This document shows positions 56,287 through 64,000 of a stretch of 64,000 nt of DNA, piece by piece. Every line of letters begins with the position of its first letter. The first letter of the stretch is position 1. Both the position numbers and the translations under genes were made by a program. The notes under the pieces are model-generated. The model worked only from the letters and a program-made list of their open reading frames with translations, made no database searches and had not been told where the DNA came from. The DNA is from Patescibacteria group bacterium (GTDB taxonomy: Bacteria; Patescibacteriota; Minisyncoccia; Phycocordibacterales; UBA9973), in NCBI GenBank assembly GCA_038063535.1, contig JBBTUV010000003.1:416-64415 (forward strand), in the 5' to 3' direction.

Positions 56287-57369
56287 ATGATCAGGAACAA
56301 GATTTATCGTTTTTTTCCCACGCCTCGGTTCCTTATGTCTCCGTCTTTCGGATTGGATATTTCCGACCAGTCGCTTAAGTTCGTAGAACTCAATGTCACC
56401 AAAGATGGTATTCACATGGGCCACTTTGGAGAGCGGAAAATTCCGCCCGGGATCATCGTTTCCGGGAAAATCAACGATCCGAAACGCTTGAAGGATGTGC
56501 TGTTTGCGCTTCGGCGCGAGGAAGGCATCAGATTTGTGCGCGTCTCGCTTCCCGAGGAGCAAGTTTACCTCTTCCACCTACGACTTCAAAAAGGGAGCCT
56601 CGAGAACCTCCGCGAGGGCATCGAGCTTTCGCTTGAGGAGCATATTCCGATCCCAGCCGCGGAAGCGATCTTCGATTACGAGCTCCTTGCCCAGGATGCT
56701 GGCAGCATCGAGGTGGAGGTGGCCGCAATTCCGCAGAACGTGATCGAGAATTATCTTTCTGTTTTCCGTGAATCTTTTATCTCGGTGCAGTCGTTTGAAC
56801 TTGAGGCTCAGGCGATCTCGCGCGCGGTCATAAAAAAAGGAGACTCGGGTACTTACATGGTCGTGGACTTCGGCCAGACCCGAACAGGCATTTTCATCAT
56901 CTCCCGCGGACTCGCGATCTTCACTTCGACTTTTGAAATGGGAGGCGCCTCGCTTGCCGGCGCGATACAGAAAAGTTTCAAGGTCAGTTTCGAAGAAGCG
57001 GAAAAGATGAAGAAGATGTATGGCCTTCTGCGCAACGCTCCGGAGAAGGAAATCTTCCCGATACTCTTGAACAGTGTCTCGGTCCTGCGCGATGAGATTG
57101 TGAAGCACCTGCTCTACTGGCAGACCCACAAGGATGATCAGGGCAATGACCACCCGCCGATCAAGAAAATTCTCCTCTCCGGCGGAGACTCGAATCTGAC
57201 CGGCCTCCCGGAGTATCTATCCGCAAGCACCCACACCCCAGTCGAACTTGCGAACGTCTGGGTGAACGTCTCTGACACAAAAAAATACATTCCGAGAATA
57301 GATTTTAACAGATCGCTTTCATTTGCGGCGGCGCTCGGGCTCGCGCTCGGCGATTTCGACTATGATTAA
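56287..57369 (+). CDS. pilM: Type IV pilus assembly protein PilM
   Basis: FGLDISD.S.K, E.HIP, VVDFG..RT, ILLSGG..NL.GL, A.GLAL. Confidence 0.9.
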   Translation: MIRNKIYRFFPTPRFLMSPSFGLDISDQSLKFVELNVTKDGIHMGHFGERKIPPGIIVSGKINDPKRLKDVLFALRREEGIRFVRVSLPEEQVYLFHLRLQKGSLENLREGIELSLEEHIPIPAAEAIFDYELLAQDAGSIEVEVAAIPQNVIENYLSVFRESFISVQSFELEAQAISRAVIKKGDSGTYMVVDFGQTRTGIFIISRGLAIFTSTFEMGGASLAGAIQKSFKVSFEEAEKMKKMYGLLRNAPEKEIFPILLNSVSVLRDEIVKHLLYWQTHKDDQGNDHPPIKKILLSGGDSNLTGLPEYLSASTHTPVELANVWVNVSDTKKYIPRIDFNRSLSFAAALGLALGDFDYD

Positions 57370-57919
57370 CCTCATCCCGAACCAGGAAAAAAAGAAAAAA
57401 GTAAAGGATTTTTATTTTCGTCTTGCAGTGGTGACCTTTTTCCTCCTTTCTTTCACAATTTTAGTTGCTTCACTGGCGATGATCCCCGCTTACTTCCTCT
57501 CCGCCGCCAAAAAAGACGTGGTATTTACGAAGTTGTCCGAGGAAAGCAATACCCCCAACTCAGCGCTCCTCCTTGAGACCCAGGAGTCTATCGCAGCCTT
57601 GACCAAGAAACTCAATATTGTCGAGAAAGTGCAAAAGAACGAGTACAGAATTTCGGGAAAAGTCGTAAATGAAATACTGGGAGACAAAATCTCCTCGATA
57701 AAGATCACCGCCATTCTCTACGAGACCCCTCTTCCGAAAAACCCGGGTGACCCCAATAAAAAAGTTACGGTTCAGGGTGTTGCCACCAGCCGCGAAGAGC
57801 TGCTTCGCTTTCGCCGCGCGCTCGAGGACAATGTCGCCTTCCAGAAGGTTGATTTGCCAATTTCCAATTTCGTGAAAGGGTCGAATATTTTCTTCTCGAT
57901 AACTCTCACTCCGTCTTAA
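57362..57919 (+). CDS. PilN-like protein
   Basis: MINLIP motif, TM, coiled coil, G.A..RE.L..F...LE; follows pilM. Confidence 0.8.
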   Translation: MINLIPNQEKKKKVKDFYFRLAVVTFFLLSFTILVASLAMIPAYFLSAAKKDVVFTKLSEESNTPNSALLLETQESIAALTKKLNIVEKVQKNEYRISGKVVNEILGDKISSIKITAILYETPLPKNPGDPNKKVTVQGVATSREELLRFRRALEDNVAFQKVDLPISNFVKGSNIFFSITLTPS

Positions 57920-57921
57920 AT

Positions 57922-58452
57922 ATGGACACGCCTAGAAGTTTCAAAAAATTTAAAAAGGGTCCGCTTGCTCTTTCGCTCGCTCTTCTCGGATTTTCTGCTG
58001 CTCTTTCTCTCTTTTTATATGGCAAGATTCAGGCGAACAAGCAGGTGCAGGATGAAGCGCAAGGAAGCTGGCAGAGGGCGGTTGAGCTCCGGCGGGAGAT
58101 CAATTTTGCCGAGGACAGAGTGAAAAAAACCGCAGAGGACAGAGTAAAACTAAGTTCACATTTTGCGGAAAGTCTTGATGCGGTCCCGTTCTTGGATTCT
58201 CTCGAAGAGCTGGCCGGAAAGGTTTCGGCGAAATCGGAGATTTCCTTAGTCGATATCGCCAAGGACAAGTCGGGAATTTTCGTGAACCTAAGAGTGGCCG
58301 GGAGTTTCGAGTCGGTATATAAATACTTGCTTCTGCTCGAGAACTCCTCCTACGTCCTAGAATTCAGGGCAGTAAACCTACATAAGGCGAGCAGCGAAAG
58401 CACTGAGTGGCAGGGAGATTTTGCTTTGAAACTTCTTACCTTTATTCCATAA
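57922..58452 (+). CDS. PilO-like protein
   Basis: TM, coiled coil, GSF..V..YL..LEN; follows pilN. Confidence 0.7.
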   Translation: MDTPRSFKKFKKGPLALSLALLGFSAALSLFLYGKIQANKQVQDEAQGSWQRAVELRREINFAEDRVKKTAEDRVKLSSHFAESLDAVPFLDSLEELAGKVSAKSEISLVDIAKDKSGIFVNLRVAGSFESVYKYLLLLENSSYVLEFRAVNLHKASSESTEWQGDFALKLLTFIP

Positions 58453-58455
58453 AAT

Positions 58456-58758
58456 ATGAAACTAGCGTTCAAGAAAAAGGAAAAAGTTTTCAGGAAAGGC
58501 GGTTTTCATACCAATCCCGACATCGGCTGGGAAGTTGTTCTATACTTTAATTTTGCCTTGATCATCGGCGGATTCGTCTTCGGGTATTTCCTGTGGGGAA
58601 AGGTGAATGAAGAATATGTTCTGCCTCCAAACATCAGCAACGAGAGAAAAGCCGAAGAGGCACAAATAGCAAAGGCACTCGAGTACTTTTCCGAGCGGGG
58701 GAAAAAATCCGCCGAGATCCTGAAGGCTCCTTCTCCTTTCGTTGACCCCTCGAAGTAA
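58456..58758 (+). CDS. Single-TM hypothetical protein (end of pil operon)
   Basis: Basic N-terminus, one TM, C-terminal DPS. Confidence 0.65.
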   Translation: MKLAFKKKEKVFRKGGFHTNPDIGWEVVLYFNFALIIGGFVFGYFLWGKVNEEYVLPPNISNERKAEEAQIAKALEYFSERGKKSAEILKAPSPFVDPSK

Positions 58759-58778
58759 AAATGTTATTTTGACCTTGC

Positions 58779-58851
58779 GCGCGCTTAGCTCAGTTGGTAG
58801 AGCGACTCGTTTACACCGAGAAGGTCGGGGGTTCAAGTCCCTCAGCGCGCA
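58779..58851 (+). tRNA. tRNA-Val(TAC)
   Basis: Acceptor GCGCGCT/AGCGCGC, loop TTTACAC, T-loop TTCAAGT. Confidence 0.94.
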
Positions 58852-58855
58852 CCCC

Positions 58856-58927
58856 GCTCCCGTAGTTCAATGGATAGAACAGGGCTCTTCTAAGGCCTCG
58901 ATGTGGGTTCGATTCCTACCGGGAGCG
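58856..58927 (+). tRNA. tRNA-Arg(TCT)
   Basis: Acceptor GCTCCCG/CGGGAGC, anticodon arm GGGCT-CTTCTAA-GGCCT, T-loop TTCGATT. Confidence 0.94.
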
Positions 58928-58928
58928 C

Positions 58929-59558
58929 ATGAAATTTAAAATTCTCTACGAAGATGAAGATTATCTCGCGATAGACAAGCCCTCGGGTATTGAAGTTTTA
59001 GATTTGGCAGAAAAATATTTCCCTGAGAAAATTTTAGCGCATCGATTAGATACAGGAACGAGCGGAGTGCTAGTCCTTGCGAAAAGCGAAAAAGTGCGCG
59101 AATTTCTCAAGAAGCAATTTCAGAAGCGCGAAGTTAAGAAAATATATAATGCGATAGTTAACGGCTGGCCGAAGAATGATCGTGGAGTAGTGGATAAGCC
59201 GATCGGGCGGAGCCCGGTGGATTTTAGAAGAAGACTTGCCGGTCGGGGAGTAAAAGGAAAGATCAGGGAGGCGACCACAGAATACAAAGTACTTAAAAGA
59301 TTTGAAGAAGGTGGAAATAAATTCACACTGGTCGAAGTAAAACCCAAAACCGGCCGGACGCACCAGATCCGCGTGCATATGAAGTTCGCAAATTACCCCG
59401 TGGCCTGCGATCCGCTCTACAATCCTGGCAAACCCTGCCCGAAGGGTATTGAGCGCTTGGCTCTCCATGCGAAGTCTGTAGAGTTTAAAAATCTCTCCGG
59501 CAAAACCATCAAAGTGGAATCGCCTCTACCTAAAGAGTTTCAAAGAGTATATATTTAA
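58929..59558 (+). CDS. RluA family pseudouridine synthase
   Basis: IDKPSG, HRLD..TSG, TGRTHQIRVH, D.LY, LHA. Confidence 0.95.
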   Translation: MKFKILYEDEDYLAIDKPSGIEVLDLAEKYFPEKILAHRLDTGTSGVLVLAKSEKVREFLKKQFQKREVKKIYNAIVNGWPKNDRGVVDKPIGRSPVDFRRRLAGRGVKGKIREATTEYKVLKRFEEGGNKFTLVEVKPKTGRTHQIRVHMKFANYPVACDPLYNPGKPCPKGIERLALHAKSVEFKNLSGKTIKVESPLPKEFQRVYI

Positions 59559-59576
59559 ATATATATTTGAATATAT

Positions 59577-61286
59577 ATGAAATCTGAAACTCGTCAGTGC
59601 CAGAATTGTCACCAAAACTTCACCATCGAGCCGGATGATTTTGGATTTTATGAGAAAATAAAAGTCCCTCCGCCGACTTTTTGCCCGGATTGCAGATTAC
59701 TTAGACGCTTTATGCATACCAGCGAAACAGTCTTGTATAAGAGAAAGTGCGATTTCTCAGGTAAGGAAATTTTTAGCATGTATTCAGAAAATACAATATT
59801 CCCTGTCTATGAAACTGATATTTGGTATAGCGATGCCTGGGATCCATATGAATACGGTATGGATTTTGATGAGAACCGCCCATTTCTCGAACAATTTTTA
59901 GAATTGCAAAATAAGATTCCAAGGATGTCTATTGTTAGACAAGGTAAGGCAGTAAACAGTCCGTACGCACATAGAGTTACAGACCCAAAAAATTCTTACA
60001 TGGTTTTTCGAAGTTCTTATCCTGAAGATTCTATGTACCTCTATAACGGCAAAATGCATATAAAAGACTGTTGCGATGGCTCGTGGCTTTATGAATGCGA
60101 ATTGTGTTATGAGTGCGTAAATTGTGCTAATTGTTACAATGTGAAGTTCAGTCAGGAGAGTAAAGATTCGAGAGATTGTTCTTTTATTTACTCATGCAGA
60201 AACTGCTCAAATTGCGTTGGTTGTGTAAATTTAGTAAGCGCCGAATATTGTATTTGGAATAAGAAATATACAAAGCAAGAATATTTTGAAAAACTCAAAG
60301 AGATGAAACTCAATACTTTCTCTGGGATCGAAAAGATGAAGATTGAATTTGAGAATTTTAGAAAAAAATTCCCTCAAAGAGCAATAATGTCCATAAAATC
60401 TGAAAAGGTTTCCGGCAATTGGTTTTTAAATAGCAAAAATGTTACTAAATCTTTTGATTGTGAAGGAGTGAAGGATGGTAAGTATTTATTTATGGTCTTT
60501 AATGCAGAAGATTGTATGGATTATTTTGAATGGGGGAATAAAGCCGAACAAATTTACGAAACGGAAAATTCCGGCATAGACATTGCGCGTCTGTCTTTTT
60601 GCAACCAATGCTGGCGAGGCTCGCACGATCTATGGTATTGCCATTCCTGCCAAGGGAGCCATAATTGTTTTGGCTGCATGGGTCTTAAAAAAGGTGAGTA
60701 TTCAATCTTGAACAAAAAATATACGAAAGGAGAGTATGAAAAACTGGTGCCGCAAATTATCGAGCAGATGAAAACGATGCCTTATACAGACAACCGTGGT
60801 TTGGAATATCGGTTCGGGGAGAATTTTCCTGCAAGCTTTTCCGATTTTGGCTACAATGAAACCATCGCGAATTATTATCATCCGCTGACCAAAGAAGAAG
60901 CGCAAGAGAAGGGTTACCGCTGGGCGGATAGATTAAAAAATAATTATCAAGTCACCTTAAAAGCTTCTGAGTTGCCGGAAATGATCGGAGAAGTGAACGA
61001 TTCGATTTTGGATGAAGTCATCGAATGTGCGGAAAAAGATCACCCGAATTCCGTCGGCGCTTATCGGATAACGCAAAACGAACTAAATTTCTACCGGCGG
61101 ATGGATTTACCTTTACCGAGAGTATGCTTTGATATCAGGCATATTCGCAGAATGAACAAGCGTCCGCCTCTTAAGATCATCAAGCGCCACTGCTCGCAAT
61201 GCGGTGTCGAGGTAGAAACTGTTTACACCGAAGAATATGCGCCGATCGTTTACTGCGAATCTTGCTACCAAAAAGAAGTCTACTAA
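59577..61286 (+). CDS. Cys-rich CPR hypothetical protein with terminal zinc ribbons
   Basis: N-terminal CQNC..CPDC, two internal Cys-repeat blocks ending NCVGC/NCFGC..YxIxNKKY, C-terminal CSQC-x17-CESC; visibly AT-rich. Confidence 0.8.
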   Translation: MKSETRQCQNCHQNFTIEPDDFGFYEKIKVPPPTFCPDCRLLRRFMHTSETVLYKRKCDFSGKEIFSMYSENTIFPVYETDIWYSDAWDPYEYGMDFDENRPFLEQFLELQNKIPRMSIVRQGKAVNSPYAHRVTDPKNSYMVFRSSYPEDSMYLYNGKMHIKDCCDGSWLYECELCYECVNCANCYNVKFSQESKDSRDCSFIYSCRNCSNCVGCVNLVSAEYCIWNKKYTKQEYFEKLKEMKLNTFSGIEKMKIEFENFRKKFPQRAIMSIKSEKVSGNWFLNSKNVTKSFDCEGVKDGKYLFMVFNAEDCMDYFEWGNKAEQIYETENSGIDIARLSFCNQCWRGSHDLWYCHSCQGSHNCFGCMGLKKGEYSILNKKYTKGEYEKLVPQIIEQMKTMPYTDNRGLEYRFGENFPASFSDFGYNETIANYYHPLTKEEAQEKGYRWADRLKNNYQVTLKASELPEMIGEVNDSILDEVIECAEKDHPNSVGAYRITQNELNFYRRMDLPLPRVCFDIRHIRRMNKRPPLKIIKRHCSQCGVEVETVYTEEYAPIVYCESCYQKEVY

Positions 61287-62509
61287 ATAGGCCCCATTTC
61301 TTTGCCGACCGAGGAGAGAATCTCGAGCGCGTGGTCTATGTGATCGCGAGTGTGCGCGGCGGAGATTTGGAAACGCAGGCGCGCTTTGCCTTCGGGGACA
61401 ACAGGGAACCAGAGGCCGACGACATAGAGACCGCGCTCGAGAAGTTTTTTGCTCATCTCCTGTGTCTTTGCCGCATCGCCGATCATTACCGGCACTATCG
61501 GGTGTTCGCCTTCGAGTACATCGAAGCCCAACTTTTTTACTTCAGTTCTGAAGTAGTTTGCGTTCTCGCGAACTTGTTTGAGCAGTTCTGGTTTTTCTTT
61601 GAGAAGCTCAAGTGCCCGTAGCGAGGCCATGACCACCGAGGGAGGCAAGGAATTCGAGAAAATATATGTTCGGGATTTTTGGCGCAGAAGCTCTATTAGG
61701 TCTTTCGGTCCCGCGACGTAGCCACCGACGGCTCCGCCCAGAGCTTTGCCGAAAGTTCCAGATAACACATCTATTTTTCCGTGCAATCCAAAGTGCTCGG
61801 GAGTTCCAGCTCCAGTTTTTCCTAGTACGCCCACCGAGTGCGCATCATCGACGAAAAGTAGCGCCTCGTATTTTTCGGCCAAAGCTTTAATTTTGGGCAG
61901 ATCGGCCAAATATCCTTCCATGGAGAATACTCCGTCCGTTACTACAAACTTAAACCTATAACCTTTATCTTCATCCTCTTTGAGCATCTGCTCGAGCGCC
62001 ACTAAATCGCCGTGCGGGCAAATTCTTTTAACTAAATTTTCGCGCTTGCAGAGCTTGAAGGCGTCTATGATGCTCGCGTGATTGAGCTCGTCGCTATAGA
62101 TTGCGTCCATGTGCTTTCCGTCCCCGCCGAGAGGTTCGTTTACAATGCTTGCGAAGAAGCCCAGATTCGACATAAAATTCGTGGAATATAGTATCGCATC
62201 TTCGGTGTCCAAGAATTCTGCAAGTTTTTTCTCGAGAGTTTTGTGAATTTTCTCCGTCCCGGCGATGAATCGTACCGAAGAAAGGCCGTAGCCGTATTTT
62301 TCCAGACCCTCTCGGGCCGCTTTTACGATCTCTGGGTGATTCGAAAGGCCGAGATAGTTGTTCGAAGCGAACATCAAAAACTTTTTCCCGTTAATTTCCA
62401 CCTCCGCCCCCTGTGCACCTTCGATCTCGCGCTCGAATTTAAATTTCCCGCCGGCTTTCAGGCTATCAATCTCTTTTTCTACCGCACTTTGTAGTTTTTT
62501 TGAATACAC
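61283..62509 (-). CDS. kbl: Glycine C-acetyltransferase (2-amino-3-ketobutyrate CoA ligase)
   Basis: SNNYLGL, SSVRFI.GT, LNHASIID, TDGVFSMEG, VDDAH, GTFGKALGG, RTYIFSN. Confidence 0.93.
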   Translation of the reverse strand: MYSKKLQSAVEKEIDSLKAGGKFKFEREIEGAQGAEVEINGKKFLMFASNNYLGLSNHPEIVKAAREGLEKYGYGLSSVRFIAGTEKIHKTLEKKLAEFLDTEDAILYSTNFMSNLGFFASIVNEPLGGDGKHMDAIYSDELNHASIIDAFKLCKRENLVKRICPHGDLVALEQMLKEDEDKGYRFKFVVTDGVFSMEGYLADLPKIKALAEKYEALLFVDDAHSVGVLGKTGAGTPEHFGLHGKIDVLSGTFGKALGGAVGGYVAGPKDLIELLRQKSRTYIFSNSLPPSVVMASLRALELLKEKPELLKQVRENANYFRTEVKKLGFDVLEGEHPIVPVMIGDAAKTQEMSKKLLERGLYVVGLWFPVVPEGKARLRFQISAAHTRDHIDHALEILSSVGKEMGPI

Positions 62510-62518
62510 GCTATTTAT

Positions 62519-63433
62519 TTAATTTTTTTTCAGGTTTTTAAGCACTACCTCAGTCATTTTCGGTAGATCATACTCGTGCTGCCAGCCCCAGTCGCGCCTG
62601 GCCTCGCTGTCATCGATGCTCGAGGGCCAGGAATCGGCGATTGCCTGGCGATGGTCGGGAGCGTAACTGATTTTGAAATCTGGGACGTGTTTTTTAATCT
62701 CGGCGGCAATTTCTTTGGGAGAAAAACTGATAGCCGAGAGATTGTAAGACATGCGGGTCTTGAGTTTCTCTGCGGGCGCTTCCATGAGCGAAATCGTTGC
62801 CCTGATAGCATCGTCCATGTACATCATGGGAAGATATGTATTTTCAGAAAGGTAGCAGGTGTACTTGCCTTCTTTAAGCGCTCCATGAAAAATCGCCACC
62901 GCATAATCTGTGGTGCCGCCACTCGGTTCATCGCTTCCTGAGATGAGCCCAGGATAACGAATGCTCCTCACATCTACACTGAATTTCTTATAATAATACT
63001 GGCAAAGAAGCTCCCCCGCATACTTGGTTACCCCATACATTGTCGTAGGTTCTATGATTGTGTGCTGCGGAGTGCTTTCTTTCGGAGTAGTCGGCCCGAA
63101 GGCAGCTATCGAGCTCGGCCAGAATATTTTAAGTTTGTGTTCGACTCCGACATCAAGAACGTTGCGCAGGCTCCCCATGTTGAGCTCCCAGCAGCGCTTC
63201 GGGTCCTTCTCCCCGCTTGAAGATAAAAGTGCAGCTAAATGGTAAATCTCGCCCACATTTTCTTTTTTCACTATAAAGAGAATCGCTTCTTTATCCATTG
63301 CATCAAGGACCACGGAAGCCTCCTTGTGTATGCCGCTTGCGATTACTTGCGAATCTCCGTATTTTTTCCGTAGCGCAAGGACAAGTTCTGTTCCCACTTG
63401 GCCATATGCCCCAATTACAAGAATTTTTTTCAT
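62519..63433 (-). CDS. SDR-type L-threonine 3-dehydrogenase
   Basis: GAYGQVG, HLAALLS..GE, PSSIAAFG, YGVTK, GGTTDYAV, RQAIADSWP; adjacent to kbl. Confidence 0.88.
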   Translation of the reverse strand: MKKILVIGAYGQVGTELVLALRKKYGDSQVIASGIHKEASVVLDAMDKEAILFIVKKENVGEIYHLAALLSSSGEKDPKRCWELNMGSLRNVLDVGVEHKLKIFWPSSIAAFGPTTPKESTPQHTIIEPTTMYGVTKYAGELLCQYYYKKFSVDVRSIRYPGLISGSDEPSGGTTDYAVAIFHGALKEGKYTCYLSENTYLPMMYMDDAIRATISLMEAPAEKLKTRMSYNLSAISFSPKEIAAEIKKHVPDFKISYAPDHRQAIADSWPSSIDDSEARRDWGWQHEYDLPKMTEVVLKNLKKN

Positions 63434-64000
63434 AAAAACGATAGTTTTTCTTTTTTAACCCCCGCCTTGTCGCGCCCTGCTTGGGTTTCAGCAAACAATT
63501 TCCGCATTTCTTCTTCGTCGGCTTTTGTGAATTCCACATTTCGCCGGGCGCTCATGGCTTTTTGAATTTTTATCGCCAGGTCAATCGGCAGTTCATACAT
63601 ATTGCCCGGTGAGACGTGGCTTGCAAATGCCGGCACGTCTTCGGTGACCATGCCGTATAGATGCGCCGAATCGCCGATTACTTTTCCGCAGAAGATCGAA
63701 GTATTGACTGCGGTTTTGACATAGTCGCCGATGATGGCACCCAATTTCATCTGCCCCGTATCTTCTCCCTTAACTTTAATAGCACCATAAGTGTTCTTTA
63801 GGTCAGAGACGCTCGTCCCGCCGCCTATGTTTACCCAGCTTCCAATATAGCTATGGCCTAAGTACCCGTAATGCTGTTTATTGGTGTAGTTGCCGATCCA
63901 CGAATGCTCGATCTCTCCGCCCAATCTCGAGTTTTTTCCAGCCCAGATGGGGCCGCGCAGGACTGTCCCGGCTCTGATTATTGAATCATCGCCGATAACG
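63430..64000 (-). CDS. GlmU-like hexapeptide-repeat acyl/nucleotidyltransferase (5' partial)
   Basis: Frame open to the window edge; GGEI..S, NKQH.GYLGHSYIG.WVN.G.GT..SDLKN.YG, KLGAIIGD..KT. Confidence 0.85.
   Translation of the reverse strand, partial: VIGDDSIIRAGTVLRGPIWAGKNSRLGGEIEHSWIGNYTNKQHYGYLGHSYIGSWVNIGGGTSVSDLKNTYGAIKVKGEDTGQMKLGAIIGDYVKTAVNTSIFCGKVIGDSAHLYGMVTEDVPAFASHVSPGNMYELPIDLAIKIQKAMSARRNVEFTKADEEEMRKLFAETQAGRDKAGVKKEKLSFL

Noticed and set aside
1-64000. Alternative genetic code 25 (TGA=Gly)
   Set aside because: Conserved genes such as dnaA, rpmH, uvrB, mutM and ruvX end at TGA at their expected C-termini.

Overview
Chromosomal window from a small-genome Patescibacteria (CPR; Parcubacteria, Nomurabacteria-like by gene content and protein style; standard code 11). 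It spans the replication origin (jag-yidC-yidD-rnpA-rpmH <> dnaA-oriC-dnaN). Housekeeping content: pcrA, rsmA, PBP1A, tyrS, ruvABC, yebC, polA, holA, uvrBAC, mutM, rpsT, ruvX, pilB, pilMNO-like genes, a RluA-family enzyme, kbl/tdh and seven tRNAs. No phage, IS, integrase, CRISPR or reverse transcriptase was recognised. Main observations: (1) a 13-kb origin-proximal T4SS-like operon (VirB6/PrgI/VirB4, no relaxase or VirD4 in the window) that includes a Cys-repeat/pilin/lysozyme-like fusion; (2) a 1262-aa modular effector-like protein with Gly-rich hydrophobic hairpins and a C-terminal HEXXH zincin, paired with a DUF5663-like small protein; (3) four tRNA genes whose discriminator base is followed by C(1-3)-ATG of the next gene, in a window where about 15 genes have an extended -10 box 6-8 nt before the start codon, suggesting leaderless translation and tRNA punctuation; (4) two unannotated structured RNAs, a 6S-like rod near ruvB and a switch-like leader on a LysM-M23 gene; (5) a 102-nt palindromic element inserted in frame in pcrA. 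All calls come from reading the sequence; no searches were run.
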